DNA of 64,000 nucleotides. Origin: Eledone cirrhosa (lineage: Eukaryota). The DNA lies in the NCBI GenBank assembly GCA_964016885.1, contig OZ024740.1:95046001-95110000 (forward strand), in the 5' to 3' direction. A model generated the notes under the pieces. The model saw only the letters and a list, made by a program, of their open reading frames with translations. It did not search any database and was not told the origin of the DNA. A program made the position numbers and the translations under genes. This document shows positions 45,650 to 61,119 of this stretch, one piece after another (position 1 is the stretch's first letter; each line of letters begins with the position of its first letter).

Positions 45650-45900
45650 AAATGAACAGGGGCAGGTATTCGACATCATCACAATGATGTCGTCCGCAGA
45701 TGTTGATGTAGGTATTCACTTGTCCATTCAGAAGGGATGTCTTTTAATAACATGAGCTTCTTCAGAACTGGAGTCACTATATATAGAATGGCAGAGAGAA
45801 GCCTTCTATGGTGGACCGAGCACGTAATCTCAAACAGTTCTGAACAGGCCATTTAATCTGACCGCCGATTAATGGCGATATACATATAAGTCTACCTAGT
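45650..45900 (-). pseudogene. Decayed L1/Tx1-like RT fragment
   Basis: SELFEITCSVHH..LS.ILY..L.DIP then SADDIIV. Confidence 0.55.
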
Positions 45901-45925
45901 ATTCTGTTGTTTCATAAATTGTTTA

Positions 45926-45926
45926 A

Positions 45927-45995
<69 letters not shown>

Positions 45996-46057
45996 CAGCA
46001 GCAGCAGCAGAAGTAGCAGGCAGTGGTAGTAGCAGTAGCGCAAGCAGCAGCAGCATC

Positions 46058-46113
<56 letters not shown>
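45926..46113. repeat. Compound (TAG)n/(CAG)n microsatellite
   Basis: Direct read. Confidence 0.97.
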
Positions 46114-46114
<1 letters not shown>

Positions 46115-47174
46115 TAATTTGTTATTAATGTTGTCTTCTGAATTGGGTGAAATTTTGAAGTTCACCATTTGGACAGCTTTTCATTTCTGTGAAATATATG
46201 ATTTCTTCCATTATTTTTTAGTAGAATTGAATTGCGCGTTTCCTAAACTGCTCATGGCAACGGAACAGATGCAACCGAAATCCCCTTCCTCCCAAATTAT
46301 CATTACATGACGTTAGAGGGGATGGATTTATTCAAGAGCTGGATCTGTCGTACACACATCATGTAGCCATTCGACATAACTCAACAATTCAGCAGTGCTC
46401 AGTCACACTATGGATTCGTGGTTGTATGTTAATCCCGTTTTAGTGAGAGTTAAGTTGATACTCAAACCGAAAATAGATCCAGTAGCTCCATGAGCTGAAA
46501 GATTTCTGGAAGATATCTATTGTGATTACGAATAGGTTTTTTTTCGGGATGAGAGCGGGGAGTTTCGTCAACAATGTCGTCACTTATTAAGCGCGAAAAG
46601 GTAATTTTACACGTATCGCTGAACTCAAGTCTTGTTGATATTTCAATATACGCAAGTATTGCACCAAGAAAAATACAAACGTCGGCGAGAAAGAAGATAA
46701 AGAATGTATTTGCTTTAACATATGTTTCCGTGTCTATTACATTGTCTGACTATAATATATGATTCTCAAACAAATGACGTACATAATTTTACCACGTAGT
46801 GATTAGTCACTACCATAAATATAGTGTTTCTGATTAAGTGTGATAAATAATGGAGTAGTGCATATGATTGAACGATGTATATTGTAGTCAGCATATATAG
46901 AGAATTAAAATAGACACAGAAATATATATCAAAGTAAATATATTCCTAAGCTTCTTTCTCTCCGAATTTTATATTTCTCTAAGTGACATACTGGCTTAAT
47001 AAATATATTCCATGTTACCTTCTGGGCCTATATACCATGTTCACCAGCTTGGATATTTATGCTATAGAATTCAAAGGATACCGTCGATTCACTCTCTCTA
47101 GTAAGCAGCTTTCTTCTCTAAGCATTCATTCCTGATATACATAAATAAAAGACGTATCTATCTTCATATATATA

Positions 47175-47297
47175 TAGAGAAATAAAATAACACGAACGAT
47201 TGTTTACTCCTTCATTACGTTTATTCATTGGTGACGCGCATTTCGCCAATGATCAGCTCAAGGTTCGATCTGTATCGATCTATCCCAATTATGTGTA
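47175..47297 (-). mobile_element. Family E PLE-like end with HHR 3' half (copy 49961-50036 +)
   Basis: ggc GAAAY GYGC GTC accaa in both copies. Confidence 0.55.
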
Positions 47298-47308
47298 TAT
47301 ACATATGC

Positions 47309-47364
<56 letters not shown>

Positions 47365-47370
<6 letters not shown>

Positions 47371-47436
47371 AGTGCTACGTATCCGATATATGCATAGTTT
47401 TATTGTTCTACAATAAAACTCACCTCCTACACACAC

Positions 47437-47479
<43 letters not shown>

Positions 47480-47805
47480 CATATGTGTGTGTGCAGGAGG
47501 TGAGTTTTATTGTAGAACAATAAAACTGTGCATGTATCGGATATGTAGCACTCAATAGTTGAACTGGAGTATATATAAGAAGAAATTAAAAGATGGTTAA
47601 ACAAGTTCCATATATATTATTATGCGCAGTTCAAAAACAAATATCATCCTGGGACGATAGTTGCGTGCTCATCATATCAAATAAGGTAGCATATCATATG
47701 TTATCTGATGAAACCCCAATTATCTTCCGAGGATGATATTTGTTTTTGAAATGCGCATAATAAAATATATGGAACTTTTTTAACCATCTTTTAATTTATT
47801 CTTAT
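47365..47805. mobile_element. Family C-related pLTR ends: tail-to-tail pair plus head-to-head pair
   Basis: 47365-47440 inverted at 47485-47556; 47570-47685 inverted at about 47700-47805. Confidence 0.8.
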
Positions 47806-47844
47806 ATATATATAAATATATATATATATAGAAAAGAACGATTA

Positions 47845-48043
47845 ACTTTCGTCAAATCGGACCGAGGGAACAATGTTTCCGTTGGTCTTTCCAATTGCTA
47901 ATACTATCTATCGGTCTCAACTCCAGGTAGAAGGAGCAACGTGAAATAAAGTGTCTTGCTCAAGAACATAACGCATCACCTGGTCCAGGAATCGAACTCA
48001 CAATCTCACGATTGCGAATCCAATTCTCTAACCACTCAGCCAC
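47845..48043 (-). mobile_element. Second tRNA-derived SINE family (CORE-like body)
   Basis: gtggctgagtggttag (A box), gagttcgattcc (B box), gttcttgagcaagacactt. Confidence 0.8.
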
Positions 48044-48107
48044 ACACACATATATATAGATATATAGATATATCTATATCTATATATATCTATATATATA
48101 TATATAT

Positions 48108-49248
48108 ACGGGCTAACAAATAATAGTTATATCCAGTCCCCTTAAGTGTTGTCCAGTTATGGTACTCCGGGTAGTGGATGATATCAACGCTAGGCTTGGT
48201 TTGACTCAACAAGGCGTATTCATAGTGATGTTGCGAGTATGCTGTAATTCCTATGTTGTAAACACTTGGAGTAATAATAAATCAGGAAAGAAGATTGACA
48301 TGGTTTGCAATACAAAAAAGGTTTTTAATCTTATTGCTGACAATTGTTTCTCTGAACTGGTAGGTCTAGAGATCGCTATTCGCTTGTTTTCACGTTACTC
48401 GAACGCCAATACAAAATTATAACCAGTCAGTTCTTCGGAGCATGCGAGAATGAAGAGAATCTGGTAACTGTCACCTACCAGATAGCTGCCCATTGGCGAA
48501 CAGATGTCTCGATTCGAGCCTAGTATACATGTGCACGGTCACCTCAGATAACTCCACCTGGAATTACATAGATTCCACCGCGGGATCTTTTAAAAAAAGA
48601 TGGTATGTGCACAGGCACTCAATGAAAAACCGTGCACTTATGGGTTCAACAACCCTCGCCAACAAATATGGGAACTGAAAGACAGCAGCACTAACTACAG
48701 CATTAACTGGTCGAAGTTGTCGGCTGCTAAAACTTATAGGACAGGTATGTCCCACTACGGGCCATGTGATCTAGAACTAATGTATATCCTCAAAAATGTA
48801 AAAAGGCTACTTAACAATAAGTTAGAAAGATCTATCTTCTGCAGGCATAGAATTGCAACTAAATTCATAAGATTCAAACCTCCGTGAATCGAACCAACAC
48901 AACATAGCTTTAAACTAGGATACCCACTACCCTGCATAAATCACCACATAAATATACTCATTAAGTACACTCTAGCCTTCACAGGTCTTTACCACACAAA
49001 TGTCTGTAAGTACCTCATCAACCCATAAACTTATTCCTTCTCAGCTGCTGCCATCACTTGATCCTAAATCCAAGAATTTATCAAATCACTACTACAATGT
49101 AACTTTACCTTCCTTTTGCCATAATTACAATCAGCACGCTTATCTCTTTGCATGTATGTATATTTTTGTACGAGTGTATATTGATGCGTATGTATGTGTC
49201 TGTGTACACATGCGTGTGTATATATGTGTGTGTGTGTGTGTATATGTG

Positions 49249-49315
<67 letters not shown>

Positions 49316-49933
49316 TACCTCCTTAACCTCTGTATTAACTCGCCCACTATTTAGCTTTGACAGTGTTGTCCCATACATGTATGTTATTGAAGATGAAAAG
49401 AAAGACTGTATTCTCATCTAATGTAGCCCACACAAATTCTACTCGATGATAAATAATTCGTCGGTCAGATAAATACTGAACATTACGCCCACCTGCCCTA
49501 TATTGGTGATAAACACCGGCTTATCTTTAAAATTGATACGATACACCCTACGACATGCCAAACTTATAGTTCTACTTCATGTCAGCTAGTTTTACACGCC
49601 GAAATCTTAGATACGCTATACCCCCACCCCCTAATGTAATGTCAGGGTCTCCTCAAATAATTTATTACTAGCATTGTTGTAATTGCTGTTATTGTTCTAA
49701 CTAAATGCCATTACTACTTCATATATTAGCCTGTATATTCCTTTCATGCCTGTATATTCTCTTCATTCTCGCATGCTCCGAAGAACTGACTGGTTATAAT
49801 TTTGTATTGGCGATCGAGTAACGTGAAAACAAGCGAATAGCGATCTCTAGACCGACCAGTTCATAGAAACAATTGTCAGCAATGAGATTAAAAACCTTTT
49901 TTGTATTGCAAACCATGTCAATATTCTTTCCTG

Positions 49934-49937
<4 letters not shown>
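48108..49937 (+). mobile_element. Family D PLE, head-to-head (inverted pLTR with tail 48108-48460; GIY-YIG fragment 48461-48887 and 3' UTR)
   Basis: Protein nearly identical to the 41288-41710 region. Confidence 0.92.
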
Positions 49938-49970
<33 letters not shown>

Positions 49971-50030
49971 TGCGATCGATCGATGCATATCGAACCTTGA
50001 GCTGATCACTGGCGAAACGTGCGTCACCAA

Positions 50031-50800
50031 TCAATAATAATATCTCTTAGTCCACAAGTCACCGTTGAACTCAATTAAGATTTTCCTAGCTAGGAGAATA
50101 ATGTTAATTTCTTTTGATGTAAGGTCGGTGTGTAAGGTAGCAAAGTTTAGGTCCTTGCCTAGAACAGTTGGAGAGATCGAATTGTAGTAGCTAGAGAAAT
50201 CGTACTGTATTAACTTAGTGCTATTCTTATTCTGCGATTTCTCAAACCAGTTAATTACCTCACTAATTCCTGACCATAATTTAAGCTTAGATCTCATAAC
50301 TAGAATGGGGATTTTTTTATCAAGGATGTTTTTACTCACGATTCCTATGTCCGACTTCGAAGGGGCTATCAGCCTGACAGGTCTGATGATTCAAAGTTTA
50401 ATATGTGGTCTTTCAATAAAATCCTCGGAATTCTAAAATGGAATGGCTCAGTTTTATCTTCAATACCCAGTTTAGTCATGACGCTATTGGCCTCCGTGTT
50501 GATTAAATCCAGGTTGGCCTGTGTAGTTTTTCTGCAGCTTTCTCTAAGTTCTCTGATTATCATGTCATCATAGGTTACTCTATCCATATCGTACAGGTTG
50601 TTAGTTTTATCTGCGTTCAGCAGAATGCCGGTTGAAATCTTTAGTTTTCCTAGATCACTGTTCAGTCGTCTTAAGTAGCTTTTTCACCTGAGTGGGTTTT
50701 CCTAAACTTAAGTTTGGACAATATGTTAGCGATTTCATTTTCGAATTCCTCCAGGTACTTATTGTGCGGTGGGTTTCTTCTGAATTTGAATTGTTCCATC
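50031..50800 (-). pseudogene. PLE RT N-terminal half
   Basis: NADKTNNLY, LKDH..NF, RLIAPSKSDIGIVSK.ILD, VINWF, IQYDFSSYYNSIS. Confidence 0.88.
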
Positions 50801-53300
<2,500 letters not shown>

Positions 53301-53944
53301 TATAACATACATCATGTTAAATATCGTCTTATTTCCTATTTTTTTTGTACACGTTAACATTTGTACAATTATATCCTTAAATTAATCTCGTTATATGAAT
53401 TCCGCACAATTTATTTGTCTTGACGTGCTCATTAGTATTTTGTTTTACAACATACCAGTATTGATTTTAAATTAATATTTATTTACAGAGAAAAAACATG
53501 ATGTTTGCCAGACGTGGTACAATTAGTGGAGATTTCATGGAACATTATAATTTATATAAGTTATTACCCTTCTCGAAGACATAATAGTTTTCCATTCTTT
53601 AAGTTTTCTTTTGCCGTTACGTGACAGAAACAATAGAGAGTACTAACAATTACCATAATTAGTATAATTACAGTTTCTCATGGATTATTATATATGTTCA
53701 TTGAGCCATTATTCATTTGACTCATTATTATACCCCTGTATTATAATTAGAGAAAATCATTTTCCCATCATTTGTTTCAGTGTTATTGTCACAATAGTGT
53801 GCCCTTAACTTGCAGGGGCATTGAATATACAAGATATTCGTTCAAAGTATCCATATTCGCTCTGCGTTTACTATCCCAAAATTATCGTGAACAAATAATA
53901 TTTACATGCATGCATTTGTGTATAAGTACATACTCACACACACC

Positions 53945-54097
<153 letters not shown>

Positions 54098-55172
54098 ACG
54101 TCCAAGCGATATAAAGTTATTTTCTTATCTTGTGTATTTTTCCCACATATTATGCTCTGAATGGATCTATGCGGATTAATTCTTTCATAGAGGAAAACTT
54201 GTTATCGAAAGGGGTCTGTTTCGAAGGTGATGGTGTAAATAAAGTCTTTTTTTTAACAAATAGCTTGTACGGAGACAGTTAGATTTAATTTCTTATACCC
54301 TTAGGTAATATAGTTAGCATAATTCTCAGACAATGTTTTCCACCCTACACTTTAACATGGCTACTTGATCGAGCAACAGTCTGGTCTCTCTTTCTTACAT
54401 GTCTGTCTTTCTTACTCGATATAAACGACACATATGAATGTTTTATATAATTGTCTGCACATGTATAAACATATGTTAATGTTACATACCTGTATATTAT
54501 GTGGTATGTATATGTGCGTGTATATAAAATCTGGTGGTGCATATATGTGCATGTATGATAATTCTTCCGTGCTGACTTGGTTTGCGTGTGAGTGTGTATG
54601 TGTGCTTGTAAATGTTTCATGTATGCGTGAAAGTACTAATTCACACAAATATTATTAAACGTAGAACACGTGGTCTCTAAAATCACTTTACGCAACTTCC
54701 ATCGACAGCTTACGTACACTCACCACACCAAACAAAATAGAGTCACTTTAAAATCTTGAGTGAAGAGAAAATCGGCACCACCAGCTAAAATAAATGGAGA
54801 AATAATTAAATTATGAGGACTATTTATTTAAGCATTGTACACCGAATCGACTGACTCAGATGGTAATTTGATACCTTTGTCAAATAACAATCCCAAGTAA
54901 TTTAGCATATGTAGTAACTCCCACACCCTGCTTGCTTACAGAAACAGTGATAGGCATAATATCCTCACTGCCAGTGGGACTGCAACCATGACGTTTTAAA
55001 CTATATTAGCATATAAAAAACAAGAAAGTTACAAGTTAACACTTGCCTAAAGGGATATTACGCAAAAATGTTGATGTTAGTGAAATTCGCCTATGCGGAT
55101 TATATAAATAACAAAAGATATACTTATATAAATAACAAAAGATGCACTTAAAGCCGTCTCTTTTCTTTATAA

Positions 55173-55383
55173 TATTGGTTTCTGATTTAGGCACAAGGTC
55201 AGCAAATTTTTTTGGCGCTGGTATTTCGACGAAATCGACCCCATTGTATACCTAGTACTTTATTTATCGGCTCCGTAAGGTAGAAAATTAAATCTCACCT
55301 TGGCAGGATTTGAACTCAGACTATTATGGGGCATACTCCTATTCTGTAAAGTATGTTGTCCGATGCTCTACCGATACTGTCAA
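55173..55383 (-). mobile_element. Older, longer variant of the tRNA-derived SINE
   Basis: Family body with an extra internal block of about 30 bp. Confidence 0.8.
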
Positions 55384-55507
55384 TACACTGTGTTTGATAC
55401 TTTTTTTATGATACTTTTTGGAACTAAAGTCATGTAGTGGTTTACCACTATTTTATTTCTGGAGTCGGTCGATGCACTGATCAAACAGCTTTTTCTACTT
55501 GAATAAA

Positions 55508-55577
<70 letters not shown>

Positions 55578-55580
<3 letters not shown>

Positions 55581-55654
55581 AAAACAATATATATGATACA
55601 ACATTTTCAACATAGGGATCACATTGAGTTCTTCATGCAGACTAGACCCCACAA

Positions 55655-55710
<56 letters not shown>

Positions 55711-55785
55711 AAAACAATATATATGATACATTTTCAACATAGGGATCACATTGAGTTCTTCATGCAGACTAGACCCCACAACTTA
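55578..55785. repeat. 80-bp direct duplication separated by (TA)n
   Basis: 55578-55657 vs 55708-55785 differ by a 3-nt indel. Confidence 0.92.
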
Positions 55786-55852
<67 letters not shown>

Positions 55853-55856
<4 letters not shown>

Positions 55857-57172
55857 CCCCGACGGCAGAGCTCAAGCCGTTTCGACGGCTATTTCTGGAC
55901 TAAATTAAAATGTTTAGCCTGGTTAATAAATAGCCGAACTTTTCAAGGCGGTACTTCCTTATATGGTAAGAGTGTAGTTGTCAAGAGGATTCGTTAACAT
56001 TTGTTGTAAACACAGATAAATCTATCATGGCATTTGGTGGGAGGTAGGGGTGGCTGAACTTGCCTGTAGAACAATAGGGGAGTAAGTGAAGCGGTCAAGC
56101 GTTGAAAGTGATATGTATTCGGCAGATTCTAAGGTCAGTGTATGAGGTGGGGGAGGGAGGTTATAAAATAGGTGAATCGAAAGAGAGTAGGAGACAATAA
56201 AAGATACTAGAAAGAAATAAAAACGAAAACAAAAAGAAATAAAACAAATATATAAAATTAGATAGTGAGAAATGAATAAATATATCACAATGCTATCTTA
56301 CAATTACAGGTTAATAAGTTGAGAATAGAAAAAAACTTATCGAATTTACAAAACAGATACAAACTTAAAGGGGTTTTTGACACATCTGCTATAAGTAGTT
56401 AGTAAAACGTATTCGGCCAATTCTATCTTAAAATAAGAGGGGTGGGGGAACTGATGCTACGAGGCCCGATGGGCTGCATCGGGGTAGGCGATAGGGGAAA
56501 GCAGACGAGGAAGAAAATAGGGGGTGGAAGGAAGTGATAGGATGAGACAGGGGGAAGAAGGAGACAAAGAGGAAAAGAAAAGAGATACATTTACATTTAC
56601 CTATGTAAGCTGGGGTTTCCCCTAACTTATTCGGCAAGTGAGTCTGGTGGGGGGGGGGGCGTGACAGCCCTTGTCTACCCACCCGGGTCGTTATAGGGTT
56701 TGAGGGCCAGATAAGTTCTATGCAATTTGTGTTTGCATGCGGTTACCAGTTCATATTTCATGTTTAGGAGTTGGTCCTTCGAAAACAGCATTTATAATGT
56801 TTCCTCCGAGCATAAGATATACGGACAGCGTCCTCCCGTGTATGCATTAGCTTCCTGACGTGGATAATGATAGTTCTTTCCTGGTCAGTGATGGGCGGGA
56901 GTGTTTCGGCAAAGTAAGGAGCGGTAAGGTAATAGATGCATAGTAACTCTCTATGTCAAACTGGATGAATTGTGTGTCTCGTTTGTCCTCCATATTCTTG
57001 AACCATGAGATTTATCCTGGGTGCTGACCCATAAGCTAAGTCTCTCGTTTTTTTCTTAATTTTTGGTATAACTCGGTCTAGGATCTTTTTACTGATTTTC
57101 CCTATGTCCGACTTCGTTGGGTTTATAAGCCTAATGGATGGTTTGCGGTCGAAGTCTGATTTGTGGTCCTTT
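55853..57172 (-). mobile_element. Internally deleted PLE whose 3' end is family A
   Basis: RT KDHKSDF..RLINPTKSDIGKISK..FIQFDIESYYASI joined at about 56835 to EN end LCSEE..LLNMKYELVTACKH. Confidence 0.82.
55856..55952 (-). ncRNA. Family A hammerhead with U3-A8 core and 5-bp stem III
   Basis: accgcc TTGAAAA gttcggctattt...aaatagccgtc GAAAC GGC-ttgagctct-GCC GTC ggggt. Confidence 0.65.
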
Positions 57173-57203
57173 GTCTGTGTGTGTATGTATATGTATATCC
57201 ATA

Positions 57204-57240
<37 letters not shown>

Positions 57241-57244
<4 letters not shown>

Positions 57245-57430
57245 TTAATATAGAAGAGATTCTACAGGACTAGAACTGTTTCATTCATTAGAAATCATCA
57301 GGACTGATGATTTCTAATGAATGAAACAGTTCTAGTCCTGTAGAATCTCTTCTATATTAAAACTGTTACACTCTGCTATGTATTGAGTACCTTACTTACT
57401 GTGGTTACCTCCGATTCAACCCGGAATAAC

Positions 57431-57431
<1 letters not shown>
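57241..57431. mobile_element. Perfect 61-bp-arm palindrome of an HHR-bearing pLTR end, plus tail
   Basis: 57241-57301 / GA / 57304-57364; CTGATGA tttc-taat-gaat GAAAC agttcta GTC on both strands. Confidence 0.85.
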
Positions 57432-57490
<59 letters not shown>

Positions 57491-57500
57491 ATACACATAT

Positions 57501-57561
<61 letters not shown>

Positions 57562-57563
<2 letters not shown>

Positions 57564-57730
57564 GGAAAAAGTATGACATCGACAGCAGAGCTCAAGCCGT
57601 TTCGACGGGTAATTCTGGACTCAGTCCAGAAGTAGCGGTCGAGACGGCTTCAGCTCTGCCGTTAGGGTCATAATGTTTCCTATTTCTATCTCTACTACCC
57701 TACTATATTACTTACTCTGGCGTTAGTAAT
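57562..57730. mobile_element. Family A head-to-head mini-insertion
   Basis: Turn at ttctggact-c-agtccagaa. Confidence 0.78.
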
Positions 57731-57861
57731 ATATTTCGCAGATATATGTTTTGTATGGGTGCATATTAAGGGAGTAATTATTATGTCACTATTTTTGGAA
57801 ACATATCTTGGAATATAAAGCATCATATAATGAATAAATTAGATTCATTCTTAGGCATATG

Positions 57862-58105
57862 TTCTTCTTCTTCTTCTTCTTCTTCTTCTTAGCCCATTAA
57901 TTCCTAAGGAATTCCATTGTAAATATCCTCAAACACACTTTCCATTCGGTCCTCTTAGAAACAGCCATCTCCAACTAATCCGGATGGATCCCCAAGTGAG
58001 TTCAGCCAAGCTCATGATTATATGTAACAATCTTGCTTTGAGTCTACCATCGAGTCTTCTCTCGGTCGCTTTTGTCCGTAAAATATGTCCATCCATTCTT
58101 TCTTG
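57862..58105 (-). mobile_element. Decayed RTE-like 3' end with (GAA)n tail
   Basis: GHILR..AELTWG pattern followed by trinucleotide tail. Confidence 0.45.
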
Positions 58106-60985
58106 AGACAAAAGAAAGATTGATTTTTTTTTTTTGTTTTGCAATCTCTGTCATTTATTTCGCTGATTATAATTGTATTAAATTCAGATACAACACATTA
58201 CACAGCATACCTTCATCCACCGGACACATAAAAACATGTCTCATATTTAATGTTTATTGCATTTTTTTTATTATTTTAAATAAACTGTAAATATAATTGT
58301 TACATATAGTGAATGCAGGGTTTAATTCGAAATATTCGAGGAAATATTTTGGAATGAAGGTACGTGTTGCACATGATTAATATTCCGGCATATCTAGAAC
58401 CGAACCTATATATTTGGTGGTATATTGTCAGTTCAGTCATGTTGACTTGTACAAAACAATTTGTTCTCAGAGATAAAGTTATTAAACATTTTTGAACATG
58501 TTTGTATGTATATCTCCTGTTCCAGCTACTACATATATTGAATGCGTTTTGGAGGTTTACACGTCATTCTTCATTAATTCAAAGGGAACTTGCAAAAATG
58601 GCGTAGAATATCACCTTAAGCTGAAATAGTTTATAAAGTTATCTCTTGTATCTCAAAATTTGCAATAAATCTGATAAATTGTAGCACACAGAAACACTTC
58701 AAAGTGCACAAGACAAATAAATAGTTTATTCCAAATTTCAGTATGCAAAGAAATATGATATTCATTATTATCAAATTGTAATATATTTGATTTGTGTTGC
58801 AGATCACGCTGATACGAATGGAAACCATTGGCCTTTTTCTTAGCAAATTATATAATTCTGTAATTATGGAAATCTGATCGTTTTCGTGGAAAAGCTAATG
58901 GCATTTTAGGAGAGGATGATATTAGATTTAAAGTTAGGTGTAATACCGGTTGCATAGTTTTACATCATCGTATGTTTTAGTTAATTATAAATGTAATAGA
59001 ACAGCGATTATATATATATTTGATAGATTTCACATGTAAATTATATACAAACCATCACCACATTCTTGTAAACAGTCCTTGCTTTTCAGGAATTTGGCAA
59101 ATTTCCGTTGACGATTATTTTGTATAAAGATGTTTTTATTTGTATAAACATATATAGATTGTCTCGTTTAAAACATATTTCATTGTTCTCACTCTAAGTT
59201 GCTCTATCATTGATAAAGTCATTCAATTATGACAACGTCGATAATTATATACATTTATGGTCATGAATATCTGGCAAGATCCATGATATATAAAACTCAG
59301 TTATATAGTATAAACATTTAAATTTAGTTTAAAACAAGATATCATATGCTAGCGTTATCTAACATAGACTCGAACTTCACTAATTGAGACATGGTTTATT
59401 CATTAATATAAGTCAATTTTGTTACACAGGTTCCGAAACAAATTCAAGCTCATCCCGTTTTAGGTCTTATTTCGTTTGTAGGGTCGATGTGCTATTAATG
59501 CTGCTGCTGTGATATTTTTGTATGATTTTGTAATAAATTAATTAACGATTTTGCAAGATATTAAAGCATATAAAGAAACATGGCACTGATTCCCAGATTG
59601 ATATAAACAATATTATGAATATACCGCAGTAAATTGAAGGCTATAGGTACAATAAGCCTTTAAAATGCGTAAAACTAGTCTCTACGTTATTCTGTTTAAA
59701 AGTGAATAATAAGTGTTGTCTATATATTATTTTCAGAGCAAGGTTTCTAATCTGAAAAGGATGAACGCTATATTTTCATTAAATATTACATATATATGCT
59801 GAGTTCTGTAAACATATTAAATATATAACTAATTACCTGACGAGAAAATACACGTTGAAAGTAGACCCTTCGCCTGTATGTTTTATGTCTGTGTCATATG
59901 TCCTAGAGAGATTACATGAGAATATTAACAAACCCCATCCACACGCATTTGAAACCAAGAGTATCATTCTGCGCATCTTGATATACCACCGTATATTCGA
60001 TCACGCATAACATAGCGTTATTTATTACAATAAAGTGCATCACTAAATGTTGTTAAATTGTGAAACACTAATAGAAGAAAGGACTTTATCCATGATTCGA
60101 GATAGTTATAATGTGGCATACGAAACATAAAGAAATGAGAAGTTAATCATTGGCGGTGTACTTTTCTTGTGTGAGTGTGATGTATGGGAAAGATTCAAGC
60201 ATAACCCCCGGGTATGATTCTCCGTGTAATATCTAAGCATGTATCTTATAGGAGCCATGAAAATCTTCCCCTCCCTTGTAAATAGTAGTCCGGCCCAACT
60301 TTAACAATTGAAGGCACATCAGTTGGTGTTTTTGGTAGTAGGTATAGAAGAATGTCCATCTAGTTTCATTTATAACATATCAATTCATAGCTGCAGGGTA
60401 ATATTGCTTTCAAGTTGCAATGGAAAGTGCAATAGAGTAAATATAATTAACATTTCATTTGTATCATATCTCAGGGAAATTTACAAAATTACTTCATTAA
60501 ATTTGTTAGCAAAATATATAATTCTCATTTCATTTGATTCCTCTGTACTGCAAGCTCAAATTAAGTCTATAAGAGTGTTTCGTAGCGTGAAAAGAAACTT
60601 CAAAAATTAATAAAACGAACAATATAATTAGGAGTTTTCGATGAATAGCAGTTGCAGGCTAAATCACCATACGTTATTTTAACTCTTCATAAGTATGGGA
60701 CTTTAAGCAGCTGAACTATATATGCTTCCATCGTTCTGGGAATAAACAAGTTTAGATTCATTATTAAATTTCATTGTAAACATATGCTTACTACTACCTG
60801 ACGTATTGATCTTCTTAATCAGAATAACTTTTACATGTTCAGGAAACTAATTTCACTTCTGAAACACATTATCCATATTTCGAGAAATGATAAAATGACT
60901 AAAGAGAACATGATGTTAAAAAATTGATCTTTACAAATATTCACTCGACTATATTCTGTCTCTCTCTGCACAATATATATATATA

Positions 60986-61096
<111 letters not shown>

Positions 61097-61119
61097 TTAG
61101 AGAGAGAGAGAGAGGGAGA

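Noticed and set aside
50001-50030. CTGATCA ctggc GAAAC as a complete hammerhead
   Set aside because: G8 is absent, and there is no stem II hairpin or stem I pairing; treated as a 3' half only
54830-55000. LINE thumb-like NYLGLLFD on the minus strand
   Set aside because: Too short and degenerate
59430-60460. Several possible small exons (VPKQIQAHPVLG..., MDILLYLLPK...)
   Set aside because: No consistent strand, frame or homology that I can recognise; needs RNA-seq
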